A stretch of DNA of 64,000 nt from a virus. Taxonomy: Duplodnaviria; Caudoviricetes. Shown here piece after piece: positions 28,901 through 37,627 of this stretch (position 1 is its first letter; each line of letters starts with the position of its first letter). The notes beneath the pieces are model-generated. The model ran no database searches. It was given only the letters and a program-made list of their open reading frames with translations, and was not told the origin of the DNA. The stretch covers positions 160,001 to 224,000 of the IMG/VR virus record IMGVR_UViG_3300047321_000298; one strand, written 5' to 3'. The translations under genes were made by a program, and so were the position numbers.

Positions 28901-30475
28901 AATTTCCAGTTCGTGAGTCGGACGATTCGACCTGAGGCTGTGTGGAATCCGGGGACTCTCGAACAGGGTAACTCCCGGACCGGGCGTCCTCAGTTGAAGA
29001 CGGTCGATCAGCGTACGTCCGTCTACTACGATTCGCTCGTGATAAACCGGACAATCGACATAACGAAGACTGCGCGACTCATCTCGAAAATCATTTCCGT
29101 GGCGAAGTTCGAGAACTCGGAGAATCCGGAATTCAGCACCATACCGGATGTTCCGATCATCAAGATGTCGCTTGATGCAATCCAGATGTTCAACACGTGG
29201 GAGTACATTGACGATGCACATCCGGGACTAGCGTCGTACGCTGCTGCGCTATCGAAGTACGAACAGGTACGTAATAGGGACTATGAAGCGTATCTGTCGA
29301 AGTATGTGTCGAAGTACGGCAATCGCCCAGTTCGTACAGCAATCCCAATTGCAGACGATCCTGAGGGTTCGGCGTTCATGGGGTCACTGCCGTATGTACC
29401 CGGCTCAGACATCCCGATGAAGGAGCGAATTCGCGCCGTACGCGTTGATGATTACCTCAACCAGATCGAAGAAGAGTTGTCTGACTCGGACGAGGAAGAA
29501 TCGGAGGGTTCGCTACAGCGCAAGATCGAGTATCTCAAGACACGACGAGTGCACACGTCATTTGGCGAAGGTCAGGTGCGGCGCTGCGGCCCGAACTCGA
29601 AGCACGTTCTCGTGCAGCTTGATTCGGATTACTCCGTGGCCGTCCGAAAGTCTGCGTGTTTTATGCTTCAGGGAAAGACTCAGGAATCGGTGCGCGAGGT
29701 CTTGGCCGAACGTTTGCGACTGGACTTCAAGAAGGTGCGTGCGGTACCTGCGTCACTCTTCAAGGAATCCCGGCAGAAATCGAAAGCTCGAATTCTGCGC
29801 GAGCAGCGCATTGCGGCTAGAGCAGAACGTGTGCGAATTCGCGAACGACGTAAGGCGCTGAGTATCAAGCTGTCACTCGTCATGAGCAACGGGTTCTTCG
29901 GACTGTCGTATGCAGCGGACGACAATCAGAAGGCAATGCAAACGCTTCAGGCGAACGGTTTCCGTTCGAGTGCCGCGTTCTACTTTGCAAAGCTCGGATC
30001 GGGTAAGGCTCTGGCACGGCAGTTGAATCGCTGGGAAGAAAACGGCCTGCAGCCGGATCGCAAACACCTGAAGGAGGGTTCTGCTCAGTGGTTCTCTGAA
30101 GTGTACCAGCAGATGGAAGCAGGAATCACCGGCCAACGATCTATCAATCGATTGCATCGCGCGGGCGTTCCGAATTTCTACCAGGTGAAGCACGTCGCGT
30201 GCGCTGACCGGCACGTGATCAAGCCGTACCCAGTTGTCGAAAATGGCGAGGTTTTCCTTGCTTTGCCTAAGGAAAATCAAGCTTGGACGAAAAATGCGAT
30301 CCGCCACTCTTCGCTGGAGTGGTTCGAGGGTGAGCCTTCGCTAACCTATTTTGGATCAATCAAGGATGTGCTACGCGTCGCAAAAGACCTGAAAGCCTCA
30401 GGAATCACTGTGCAAAACGCTGCATCCATCAATCGTAGCTTCAAAAAGCTGCGCGGACTCACAGTACGTACATAG
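25907..30475 (+). CDS. giant SNF2/SF2-type helicase (1522 aa)
   Basis: PHQ, QAGGGKT Walker A, LDESH Walker B, ASGT motif III, WNPGTLEQGNSRTGR motif VI. Confidence 0.88.
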   Translation: MKLRPSTNLIVPQHLALPRAQLKTGFFHVYGAHYAGSPVMYMTKLWASLFFPSLTLNPKFGQSRNRAKIGDALRRLTRPSYLKVKIERQFKDPHIIASVPVFSCSANNAGGAFSFLYDHFVRPPRTNDAYMPTAEQEAEIQGLRAYFTDESQEAQEIVFSPLQVLHSLRHLTQNEQGMLRQSLQSVRIVRKKGLAVFFVDFKITRAEAQQLTTTEWHQLREIDIYPLLLQWTMTSFGEREPAPLASFPISKIALSLPASHVESARVSEHGLSIGPNGKPYYLPRSIDRQHTVQYEDAYTQAGMRPDGSYALTDIHEGAEAHAAGTEIKVKLPKSVPVLIDWVNNKYSYTDTNGLLHVMDLMRFRKAEIPHVRILLAEHYITEERLELFLKLGKAAGVKDMEFMPTNDDLERAPYTIRHELMRAATPKRWFDVALLGWQIDKDREDLPFREVSATAYPPFRPLAEFLKLICKEVLANLAAVYREYSVRTVMENLSWLVMMAEYNERFDQIQAEDLLIRKPAIEQGVLPDWSLPECPLINRSLDIGLIPHQVKVRNLLRESPLFALIPVQAGGGKTLLLLTDILYEIQRGNPGPFLIMCPGHLVSNYVNEVLYFTGGRMNVMPVTSAVIREHGVERLQEMMEALPINSLVVVDYDTLKYRQQTICYGTTPVALYPVIDFLRQFSFAYAGLDESHRVKRDTARTKAAMCLITDIPKLRLASGTMAHDSPSDIAMQVASMDPTLFGTREEFNRKYGSYVSGGRVMHWREGAQEQIRHKINSRIVVAGAMRKEWAAFLPTKREWIGGVELKTNQQLVYDSILEETLEKIQEDAKENKELAKFLKPQTSIVPSQNDPEADDDDPLDEDAGSDLASLLRPYLARLERFLLAPGKDELGAKLLEGNDLVSPKAKAVIERLKLHMFGGKVRDSEGVEQEVGPTPGKVLIFTNYIISAEAIWELAGPELQKCGILYKAEDKSECVARFEKLDSLQWMVGVEQSMNEGLNFQFVSRTIRPEAVWNPGTLEQGNSRTGRPQLKTVDQRTSVYYDSLVINRTIDITKTARLISKIISVAKFENSENPEFSTIPDVPIIKMSLDAIQMFNTWEYIDDAHPGLASYAAALSKYEQVRNRDYEAYLSKYVSKYGNRPVRTAIPIADDPEGSAFMGSLPYVPGSDIPMKERIRAVRVDDYLNQIEEELSDSDEEESEGSLQRKIEYLKTRRVHTSFGEGQVRRCGPNSKHVLVQLDSDYSVAVRKSACFMLQGKTQESVREVLAERLRLDFKKVRAVPASLFKESRQKSKARILREQRIAARAERVRIRERRKALSIKLSLVMSNGFFGLSYAADDNQKAMQTLQANGFRSSAAFYFAKLGSGKALARQLNRWEENGLQPDRKHLKEGSAQWFSEVYQQMEAGITGQRSINRLHRAGVPNFYQVKHVACADRHVIKPYPVVENGEVFLALPKENQAWTKNAIRHSSLEWFEGEPSLTYFGSIKDVLRVAKDLKASGITVQNAASINRSFKKLRGLTVRT

Positions 30476-30546
30476 AAATACAAAAACCCTAATTTGATGA
30501 GCATGGGGCAGAAGTTGCCCCGCTCACTCTTTAGGAGCGTACTGCC

Positions 30547-31041
30547 ATGAGTTTCAACATCACAGCAATCAAAAAAGCGCTGGCTGATGCCGGTTACGAA
30601 GTCTCGAAGGTTGAGGGCATGCTCTCAACCGACTTCAAACACCTGCTGACGTTCGCTCACTTTCAATTCGGTTTGTCACCTGCCCAGGTTGGGTACGGCT
30701 TGGCTTATCCCGAAACCATCACCACCGATTTCCCCGGTCACCCGAACGCGACTTCCGCGCCGGTAGCTGCGGCTGTTGCCGAATCAGCACCTGTAGCCCC
30801 CGAAGCGCCGGTTGAAGCCCCGCAACCTGTTGCTGCGCCTGTTGCAGAAACTGCTGCTGAGACCCCGGCTCCGGAAGCTGCTCAGGAAACGCAAACCCCG
30901 GCCGCAGAAAACACCCAAGCTCCAGAAGCTGCTGAACAGGCCGATGCTGCACAGGAACCTGCTCAGGACGCTGAAGAAAAGCCCGCAGCAGCAGCGGAAG
31001 GCGCTACTGAACAAACGCAGAGCGAAGAAACCGCTAGCTAA
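30547..31041 (+). CDS. Ala/Glu/Pro-rich late protein
   Basis: RBS taggag; low-complexity C-terminal half. Confidence 0.7.
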   Translation: MSFNITAIKKALADAGYEVSKVEGMLSTDFKHLLTFAHFQFGLSPAQVGYGLAYPETITTDFPGHPNATSAPVAAAVAESAPVAPEAPVEAPQPVAAPVAETAAETPAPEAAQETQTPAAENTQAPEAAEQADAAQEPAQDAEEKPAAAAEGATEQTQSEETAS

Positions 31042-31052
31042 TCGGAGAACGT

Positions 31053-31454
31053 ATGACAGCGAAAGTTATAGGCAATCGCTCAGCATACTTCCGTGGCGGT
31101 TCAGATGGTATCGGACGGCGCAATCTGCCGGACGGCAACATCGGATGGGTTGGCGTCACCTCGAATACTCAGGGTGATGTCGCCTATCTCTCGGCTGTGG
31201 ATGTAACGAGCAATGACCGCCCCTTCCTAGGTTATTCACTTCAGGCAGTTGGGCACGTGGTTACGGTCGAGTTCACCCTGCAGAATTCAGGCTTGGCTAC
31301 GGACCCCGATCCGAGCGTGCAGGCCAGCGTGGCGTGGTGCAACTCAACCACTGTGACCCCGGGCACTGTCACACCGATCACGTTCCCCTTTTCTGCGCTA
31401 AAGATCACGTTCTCAGGCGGTGCAGGCACTGAGTGCTACGTCGTTTGCCGCTGA
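31053..31454 (+). CDS. beta-rich putative virion protein
   Basis: Composition and position upstream of the protease. Confidence 0.55.
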   Translation: MTAKVIGNRSAYFRGGSDGIGRRNLPDGNIGWVGVTSNTQGDVAYLSAVDVTSNDRPFLGYSLQAVGHVVTVEFTLQNSGLATDPDPSVQASVAWCNSTTVTPGTVTPITFPFSALKITFSGGAGTECYVVCR

Positions 31455-31470
31455 TCGGAGTACGTAAATC

Positions 31471-32391
31471 ATGGCAAAAATCCCACAGGCGTTTGCAAAC
31501 GCACTCTCAAAGCAGAAAGCAGCACCCACCGTCTACGTCCCGCAGAAACCAGACGCGACGATGGAAGACATGATGGATTCCCATTCGGTCGGCACGATGT
31601 CTCAGGGTGTAGAGACATTCGACGCTGAGCGGGAACCCGGAAAAATTCAGCAAATGAATAACCCGGACGGTGAAGAGCGCGGCAAGATGGATTTCGAAAC
31701 CTGGCTGCCATTCGCAGCTAAGGTCTACAAGATCAGCCCGCGTATCGAAGACTACATCATCGTCAACACGCTGATCTGTCCTTCAGACATTCCGAACCGA
31801 AACGGTATTGCGTTCCCCGCGACCGAACTCGGACGTTTTCTCCCACCGCCGATGAATCGCATGGTTTACAAGGCGTGGGCCGGATGTCCCGTGCATCTGG
31901 AGCATGACAACGAAGTGCACGAAAAAGCGTACGGCGTGATTCTTGACGCAGCCTTGATGAAGGTTGCGGGTTTCGGTGGCGGAAAGCTCTGGAAGGTTAT
32001 GGGGTTGCTCGCAATCGATAAAAACAAGAATCCCGACATCGCTCAGCAAGTTCTCACACGAAAAATCAATACGTATTCGATGGGTGCACTGGTCGAGTCA
32101 TTTACGTGTGGGTATTGCGGCGCTGAATGCGATTCCCGTTTCACTTGCGGTCACATCTCTTCTACAAAGAACGTCAACTGGAAGAAATACAGAGACTTTG
32201 ACGGTTCTACACATCTCGCCTTTCTGAATGCGCACTCAATCTCTCCAATCGAATGCTCGATTGTGAAAGACCCTGCGTGGGCTCCTGCGCTTTCCGACAC
32301 AGTCTATGACCCGTGGGCGCAAATTTCACAGGACACCAGTTCGGAAGTGTCGGATGCGTTGAGCGGCAAAGGTGCTACGCGCACTCTCTAG
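31471..32391 (+). CDS. prohead (capsid maturation) protease
   Basis: VHLEHD and YSMG putative catalytic His/Ser motifs, CGYC Zn ribbon, ECSIVKDPA; upstream of scaffold and capsid. Confidence 0.8.
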   Translation: MAKIPQAFANALSKQKAAPTVYVPQKPDATMEDMMDSHSVGTMSQGVETFDAEREPGKIQQMNNPDGEERGKMDFETWLPFAAKVYKISPRIEDYIIVNTLICPSDIPNRNGIAFPATELGRFLPPPMNRMVYKAWAGCPVHLEHDNEVHEKAYGVILDAALMKVAGFGGGKLWKVMGLLAIDKNKNPDIAQQVLTRKINTYSMGALVESFTCGYCGAECDSRFTCGHISSTKNVNWKKYRDFDGSTHLAFLNAHSISPIECSIVKDPAWAPALSDTVYDPWAQISQDTSSEVSDALSGKGATRTL

Positions 32392-32447
32392 TTTTATGAC
32401 GTGTAGATTCCTCTGGTGAAGATCACACAATCCAAAGTGAGGACAAT

Positions 32448-34028
32448 ATGGCAATCTTGAAGAAGGAAAAGGTGATCGCTCGCGAATCAACGAGCACGCA
32501 CTTTCCAAATGAAACAACTCAGGCACCGCTCGATTCGGATCAGGCAGCGCTGAATCACCAAACGTCAAATACGTTGATCGATCCGGAGGACTTCGAAGGC
32601 GGTTCTACTCACTTCAAAAATGAAGAAGAGTACAACGACAATTCGAAGCGTCAAAACGCAAGCGCAAAGCAGCGTCTCGCCGCAGCGAAGACTCCGAAGC
32701 ATCCGGGCATCGTTCCGCTTGCCAAGGAATCGGCAAAGAAGCATCCGGCAAAGACGAAAGCCGGTCTGGACGAAAGCGATTCGACGGGTGAAAGCGATCC
32801 GGATTTCGTGCAGGACGCAGGTGACGAAGTTCTGGAAGCTGATGCAGATTTCGGCGCTACGGGTGAACCGGAATCGGGTCTGCAAGATACGCAGCACCTT
32901 CCGAACACCGAAGACCCGGCTGCTGGCTATCTGCAAGTTGGTTCGGAAGGTGATCTGTCCGGTACTGAACTGGAAGGCGGTGACAACCCGCAATCAGGTC
33001 TCGAAGCTCCGCAAGCAGTGGAAGCCGATGATCTGGACGCTGACGGCGTTCAGGACGTTGTCGATGAGTTCGATGACCAACCGGCCGCTGCTCCGATGGA
33101 AGGCACCGATCTGATCGATGACGAAGAAATCGAGCAAGCTGCGGGCCCCGCACCGGAAGACATGGCCATTCTTGACGTTGATGGCGCAGACGACGAGTCG
33201 GACGATGTTGTGTTCGCGAATGTCGGCACGTCGGTCAAGGTCATCAAGGCCAATCGCATCATCGCTTCGATGAGCAAAAAGGTCGCTGTCAAAGCCGGTC
33301 ACGCGGATGTGTATCTGGGCGATCAGTTCCAGGAAGTCACAGCAGTCGAAATGTCGAAGCACGGCGTTCGCGCTGGTCTGCAAAAGATGGGCTTCGTTCT
33401 GGCTACCGTGAATCTGGGCAAAGCAGACGTGCTGAACAAGCGCGTTGAAGCGAAAGCCTCGAAGCTCACGGCCGGTGTGCGTGCCCAACACGCTGAAGCT
33501 CTGGCATCGATGGATCAGTGTCTGGCTATCGCATCTGTCGGTATCACGAAGGGCTACTTCAAGGGCGTCAGCAACGAACTGAGCGCCGCTCTCGAAGACG
33601 AACTGTCGGCTGCTGGTGTGCGCGGTGCAAAGGGCATGCTCAAGCGCGTATTCGCATCGAAGGGTGTGGATTTCGCAAAGGCAATCCTCGCGCAAGCCAC
33701 GAAGCTCTCCGCTCTGTCGGAAGACGTTCGCAATCAACACGCAGCGGCTCTCGATATGGTCTCTGAAGAAGGCATGGACGAATCTACGGATGACTCCGAC
33801 AACCTCTTCGGTGATTCAGCGAGTCCCGACTTCCAAAGCGAGTTGAACGGCAGCGATGACGAGTTCGTTGACGGCTTCGAAGGCGATTCGCATGCACCGG
33901 AAACTGTGCACGCTGCGCTGATGCGTCCGGCAACCCGCGTTCGTCATGAAGTGTCCGCAAAAGCTGCTGGCTATTCGACGGATGTTCAAGCAGTTCTCGC
34001 TGGCAAGCTCCCGTTCGGCTTCCAGTAA
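32448..34028 (+). CDS. acidic scaffold / prohead core protein
   Basis: Very D/E-rich; between protease and capsid genes. Confidence 0.65.
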   Translation: MAILKKEKVIARESTSTHFPNETTQAPLDSDQAALNHQTSNTLIDPEDFEGGSTHFKNEEEYNDNSKRQNASAKQRLAAAKTPKHPGIVPLAKESAKKHPAKTKAGLDESDSTGESDPDFVQDAGDEVLEADADFGATGEPESGLQDTQHLPNTEDPAAGYLQVGSEGDLSGTELEGGDNPQSGLEAPQAVEADDLDADGVQDVVDEFDDQPAAAPMEGTDLIDDEEIEQAAGPAPEDMAILDVDGADDESDDVVFANVGTSVKVIKANRIIASMSKKVAVKAGHADVYLGDQFQEVTAVEMSKHGVRAGLQKMGFVLATVNLGKADVLNKRVEAKASKLTAGVRAQHAEALASMDQCLAIASVGITKGYFKGVSNELSAALEDELSAAGVRGAKGMLKRVFASKGVDFAKAILAQATKLSALSEDVRNQHAAALDMVSEEGMDESTDDSDNLFGDSASPDFQSELNGSDDEFVDGFEGDSHAPETVHAALMRPATRVRHEVSAKAAGYSTDVQAVLAGKLPFGFQ

Positions 34029-34186
34029 AGAGTAGTTCTAGGGGCTTAGTCCCCTAGTTCTTCTCCGCGCAGTACTCGCCTCACACCCCTCCGCAGCAAA
34101 TCCCCAATTCGTAATTTCATCGTTGCAGAGACGCGCTGCTGGTTCAGCGCGTGTCTTGACGCACGAATCCAATATGGAGAAACAAA

Positions 34187-34882
34187 ATGTCTTTTTACTT
34201 GCCGTTCACTAAGGCTGAACAAAGCACGGAAATGATCGTTGCCCCGGGCGCGCAGTTCTACGCCGAAGGTCAAGTTGCGGTCACGACTCAAGGTGCAACT
34301 TCAGCAGGCGTTCAGCCGTCAACTGGTGCCGCGACTGACGTGTTCGCTGGTTTCGTGTTTGCCGGTACGTCAGCCGCTCCGTTCAGCGAAACCTACTACA
34401 ACAAGGTCGAACAGTTCACGGTACCCGCAACGGGCATCGTCACGCTGTCGCTCACGCCGCTCGCCGGTCAAGTGTTCGTGTACGACAACACGACCAAGGC
34501 CGTTGCTGCGGGCGCAACGGTTTCAGGTCAGAACGTTTCAGGTCTGACTGCCGGTGACACGGTCACGGTCACCTACAAGTACGCACTCACCGTCATCCAA
34601 GCACGCGCCCTGTTCGGTGACGTTCAGCCGGGTGGCTACATCGGCAACTACGTGGGCCAAATCGGTGTGATCACGCGCGGCACGGTGTGGACCTCGGAAT
34701 TCGACGCGTCGAAGAACTGGGCCGCTGCTGGTGGCTCTGCTTCCACGCAACTCGTGGCAGTCGCAAACGGCCAAGTGTCGCTCGGCACGCCGGGTACGAC
34801 CGGTGTCGCAATCCCGGGTTACGTGAAGGGTGTTCCGGGTCAAGACACGCCGTTCCTCGGCATCACCTTCTCAGCCCCGTAA
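34187..34882 (+). CDS. head decoration / capsid-stabilising protein
   Basis: A/G/T/V-rich beta protein directly upstream of the MCP; RBS atggag. Confidence 0.6.
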   Translation: MSFYLPFTKAEQSTEMIVAPGAQFYAEGQVAVTTQGATSAGVQPSTGAATDVFAGFVFAGTSAAPFSETYYNKVEQFTVPATGIVTLSLTPLAGQVFVYDNTTKAVAAGATVSGQNVSGLTAGDTVTVTYKYALTVIQARALFGDVQPGGYIGNYVGQIGVITRGTVWTSEFDASKNWAAAGGSASTQLVAVANGQVSLGTPGTTGVAIPGYVKGVPGQDTPFLGITFSAP

Positions 34883-34963
34883 TCAACACGCGGCTTCTTT
34901 GATTTAGCGGGAGTTCATTAGTTCGGACTCCCGCTGATTAAACCAAACAAAACGGAGTATCAA

Positions 34964-36049
34964 ATGCGTAATAAGGTTGAAGTCCGCGCGGCTAAGACGC
35001 CGATGGTTGCGGCATCGGAATATAAGTTTGCGAACTCAGGTGAGCGCGCAATCGGTTCGAACGGTGAAATCAACGCGTCGTCAAAGCGCGACCTGATCAA
35101 CCGCCAGATGGAATTCCTCGCAGCTTCGAGCCGTCGTGAAGTTGTGGCTGACCCGGTGTTCGCTGCTGCTGAAACGAACGAAAAGCTGCACAAGGAACTG
35201 ATCCAGGCAGCGTTCAACGACCGTGAAGCTCACCGCGTTCTGGGTGAACGTATGGCTGATTCGCTGTACATCACTGCGAACCGTCAAGGCTTCATGCGCA
35301 AGTACACGACCAAGATCACGGTCGAACAAGGCGCAATCGTTCGCTTCCCGCTGAAGAACAAGAACGTGACGGCTGTGTGGTCAACCAGCCCGACCAAGAT
35401 TCAGTCACAGATCACACGTGACAAGTGGTTCACTCCGCCGGAACTGCAGGTTGTGACCCGCCCGTTCATTCCGATGAACGAAATCAACCAGTCGGCCGGT
35501 GACGTGCTTCAAGAGAAATACGTCGAAGCAACCGAAGCCATCATGGTGTCGGAAGACCGCCTCTGGTACCAACTGGTCAACGAAATCGTTGGCGTGGACA
35601 ATCCGCTGTCGATCATCTCCGGTCAGTTGACCCCGTACACGTTTGCTCAGGTGATGACGAACGTGACGCGTTGGGGCCTGAAGGCACCGCACGTGCTCAT
35701 CGCTACCGACATCTACCAGGACATCATCGGCAACTCGGACTTCTTCACGGCAATCGATCCGGTTGCACGTCACGAACTCCTGCTGACCGGCGAACTGGGC
35801 GTTCTCTACGGTTGCACGATCACTTCGGATGCATACCGTCACCCGGAACACAAGGTGCTGAACCAAGGTGAGTTCTTCGTGATTTCGGATGCACTGAATC
35901 ACGGCGCTTACTCGGATCGCGGTGGCCTGCAATCGCAGCCTATCGATATCTCGGTGGAACGCATTCCGGGCCGTGGCTGGGTGATGTTCGAATCGCTGGC
36001 AGTCAGCGTGTCGAACAGCCGCTCGGTTGCTAAGGGCTACCGCATCTAA
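34964..36049 (+). CDS. major capsid protein
   Basis: 361 aa, strongly biased codon use, HK97-like pattern (VQEKYVEATEAIMVSEDRLW, LLTGELGVLYGCTITSD); protease-scaffold-decoration-MCP order. Confidence 0.8.
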   Translation: MRNKVEVRAAKTPMVAASEYKFANSGERAIGSNGEINASSKRDLINRQMEFLAASSRREVVADPVFAAAETNEKLHKELIQAAFNDREAHRVLGERMADSLYITANRQGFMRKYTTKITVEQGAIVRFPLKNKNVTAVWSTSPTKIQSQITRDKWFTPPELQVVTRPFIPMNEINQSAGDVLQEKYVEATEAIMVSEDRLWYQLVNEIVGVDNPLSIISGQLTPYTFAQVMTNVTRWGLKAPHVLIATDIYQDIIGNSDFFTAIDPVARHELLLTGELGVLYGCTITSDAYRHPEHKVLNQGEFFVISDALNHGAYSDRGGLQSQPIDISVERIPGRGWVMFESLAVSVSNSRSVAKGYRI

Positions 36050-36127
36050 TCGGGCGTTGTTGTTCGGGGCTGTTCTGCAAATCAGACAGCCCCGTTTCAA
36101 TGACACCGCACACAGAGGAAACAGATC

Positions 36128-36532
36128 ATGAAGACTTACAACCGTGCGCTCGATAACATGGCGCTCGCCGCAAACCACTACCTCGAAGGCAACGAAATCG
36201 TTGCTGCTGCTTTCTTCATGAAAGCCGCTCAATCGCCGGACGTGGCCCAAGCAATCGCCATCATCGAAGCATCGAACGCGCAAGCGTACGCAGCAGCTTC
36301 GGTCAAGACGGAAGCCACAGCTAAGGCTCCGGTGAAGGCTTCGAAGAAGCAGATCACCGCATCAGAGCGCAAGCAACTCGCAGCACTCGTCGGCGCTGAC
36401 GTGGTGAACGCTGAATTCGGTGAAGAGCCGGTGGGCGAACCCGAAGCAGTGGAAGACGAAGCAGTGGAAGTGGAAGACGAACAGCCGTCGTTCGCTCAAG
36501 CACTCGCCGCGCTGAAGAAGTCGCAGAAGTAA
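36128..36532 (+). CDS. Ala-rich head-associated protein
   Basis: RBS gagg; directly after the MCP. Confidence 0.7.
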   Translation: MKTYNRALDNMALAANHYLEGNEIVAAAFFMKAAQSPDVAQAIAIIEASNAQAYAAASVKTEATAKAPVKASKKQITASERKQLAALVGADVVNAEFGEEPVGEPEAVEDEAVEVEDEQPSFAQALAALKKSQK

Positions 36533-36578
36533 AACCGGTCGCCAAATGGTTTGATACAGGCCGCTTTTGGCGGGCGAC

Positions 36579-36614
36579 AAAAAGCCTGATCGGTTTGCTC
36601 CGATCAGGCTTTTT
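36579..36614. terminator. bidirectional intrinsic terminator
   Basis: aaaaagcctgatcgg-N6-ccgatcaggcttttt, 15-bp stem. Confidence 0.85.
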
Positions 36615-36647
36615 TCGTTTCTGCGACCTACTTTTAGGCTCACGTCT

Positions 36648-37322
36648 ATGCGATCTACCGAAATTCAACCGATTGAGTTTTTGATTTTCGCCGGATTTCA
36701 GCAGCGCTTCGAGCAAGTGTTTGGCTGCGCCAAATGTGCGTTCATAAATGCTAACGATAAGACAAAGATTCTCCAGCGCCTATTTGGCGAGGGCAAGCCT
36801 TTGACTTACCCGTATGCGTTCTTTGAGATTTCGAAGATCGGTGCAAATACCGACTCATACAACTCACATGCATTAGGCCGTCGCGGTATTCCAGTGAACG
36901 TACGTACAGATCAGACGGTGCAAACGGTACGCGTGATGCCTGTGAATTTCGATCTGGAAATCACGTACGTAACTGACAAGTTCCAGTCGGTAGAGCAGGG
37001 CTCTGTACTGGCGTTTGTTCGCAGATGGCTTCTTGCAAGGCGCTTTGGATATCTGAAGTCGTCCGTGAATTACGGACGCCTGCAATTCGGCATCAACGTA
37101 ACGATGGGAGAAGACGTACAGATTCCATCGAGAGAGAACATCACTGAAGCCGAAGTCTCGTACCAAATGCAGATGAGCGCGACGATTCACGGCTTTATAA
37201 GCGAACCGATCCTCTCTGAAATAGGAAAGGTCGATCAGTTTAATGTAAATGGCCAGGTAGGCGGAGTAAACGGCCAAATAGTAAGTACTCAATTCTTCGC
37301 TTTTCCTGATCAAGGAGGTTAA
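36648..37322 (+). CDS. putative tail completion/terminator protein
   Basis: Position upstream of sheath; RVMPVNFDLEITYVT beta pattern. Confidence 0.45.
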   Translation: MRSTEIQPIEFLIFAGFQQRFEQVFGCAKCAFINANDKTKILQRLFGEGKPLTYPYAFFEISKIGANTDSYNSHALGRRGIPVNVRTDQTVQTVRVMPVNFDLEITYVTDKFQSVEQGSVLAFVRRWLLARRFGYLKSSVNYGRLQFGINVTMGEDVQIPSRENITEAEVSYQMQMSATIHGFISEPILSEIGKVDQFNVNGQVGGVNGQIVSTQFFAFPDQGG

Positions 37323-37327
37323 AAGTC

Positions 37328-37627
37328 ATGGCTACTTTAGTCATAAATGTAAGCCGTGTACCGCAACAGGTTGGGCTGATCCTGTCGAATGGGGAGAAGT
37401 CGTATTCGCGAGTCATGGCCCGCAGTCGTGCACAGCTTCAAGACGGTGCGACAGTCGATCCGCACTGGCTCGCAATGAATCCGGGTGTGGTGAAAATCAC
37501 AGAGGTTCAACAGCCTGCGGTCGCGCAAGCAAAGACCAACGCATCAAAACCAGCAGTGTCTGTAGCTACACAGACTGCAACGACAAATACGGCAGAGACC
37601 GTCGCTAGCGATACGGGAGTCGAATAA
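37328..37627 (+). CDS. small tail-associated hypothetical protein
   Basis: RBS aggagg; coupled to the sheath start. Confidence 0.6.
   Translation: MATLVINVSRVPQQVGLILSNGEKSYSRVMARSRAQLQDGATVDPHWLAMNPGVVKITEVQQPAVAQAKTNASKPAVSVATQTATTNTAETVASDTGVE

Noticed and set aside
36128-36160. MKTY start resembling the T4 capsid-targeting sequence MKTYQEFIAE
   Set aside because: Only four residues match and there is no terminal Glu site.
14544-36283. Long minus-strand ORFs (e.g. 14544-15401, 27979-28731, 32994-33740, 35405-36283)
   Set aside because: Antisense shadows of strongly codon-biased + strand genes; no RBS or motif support.
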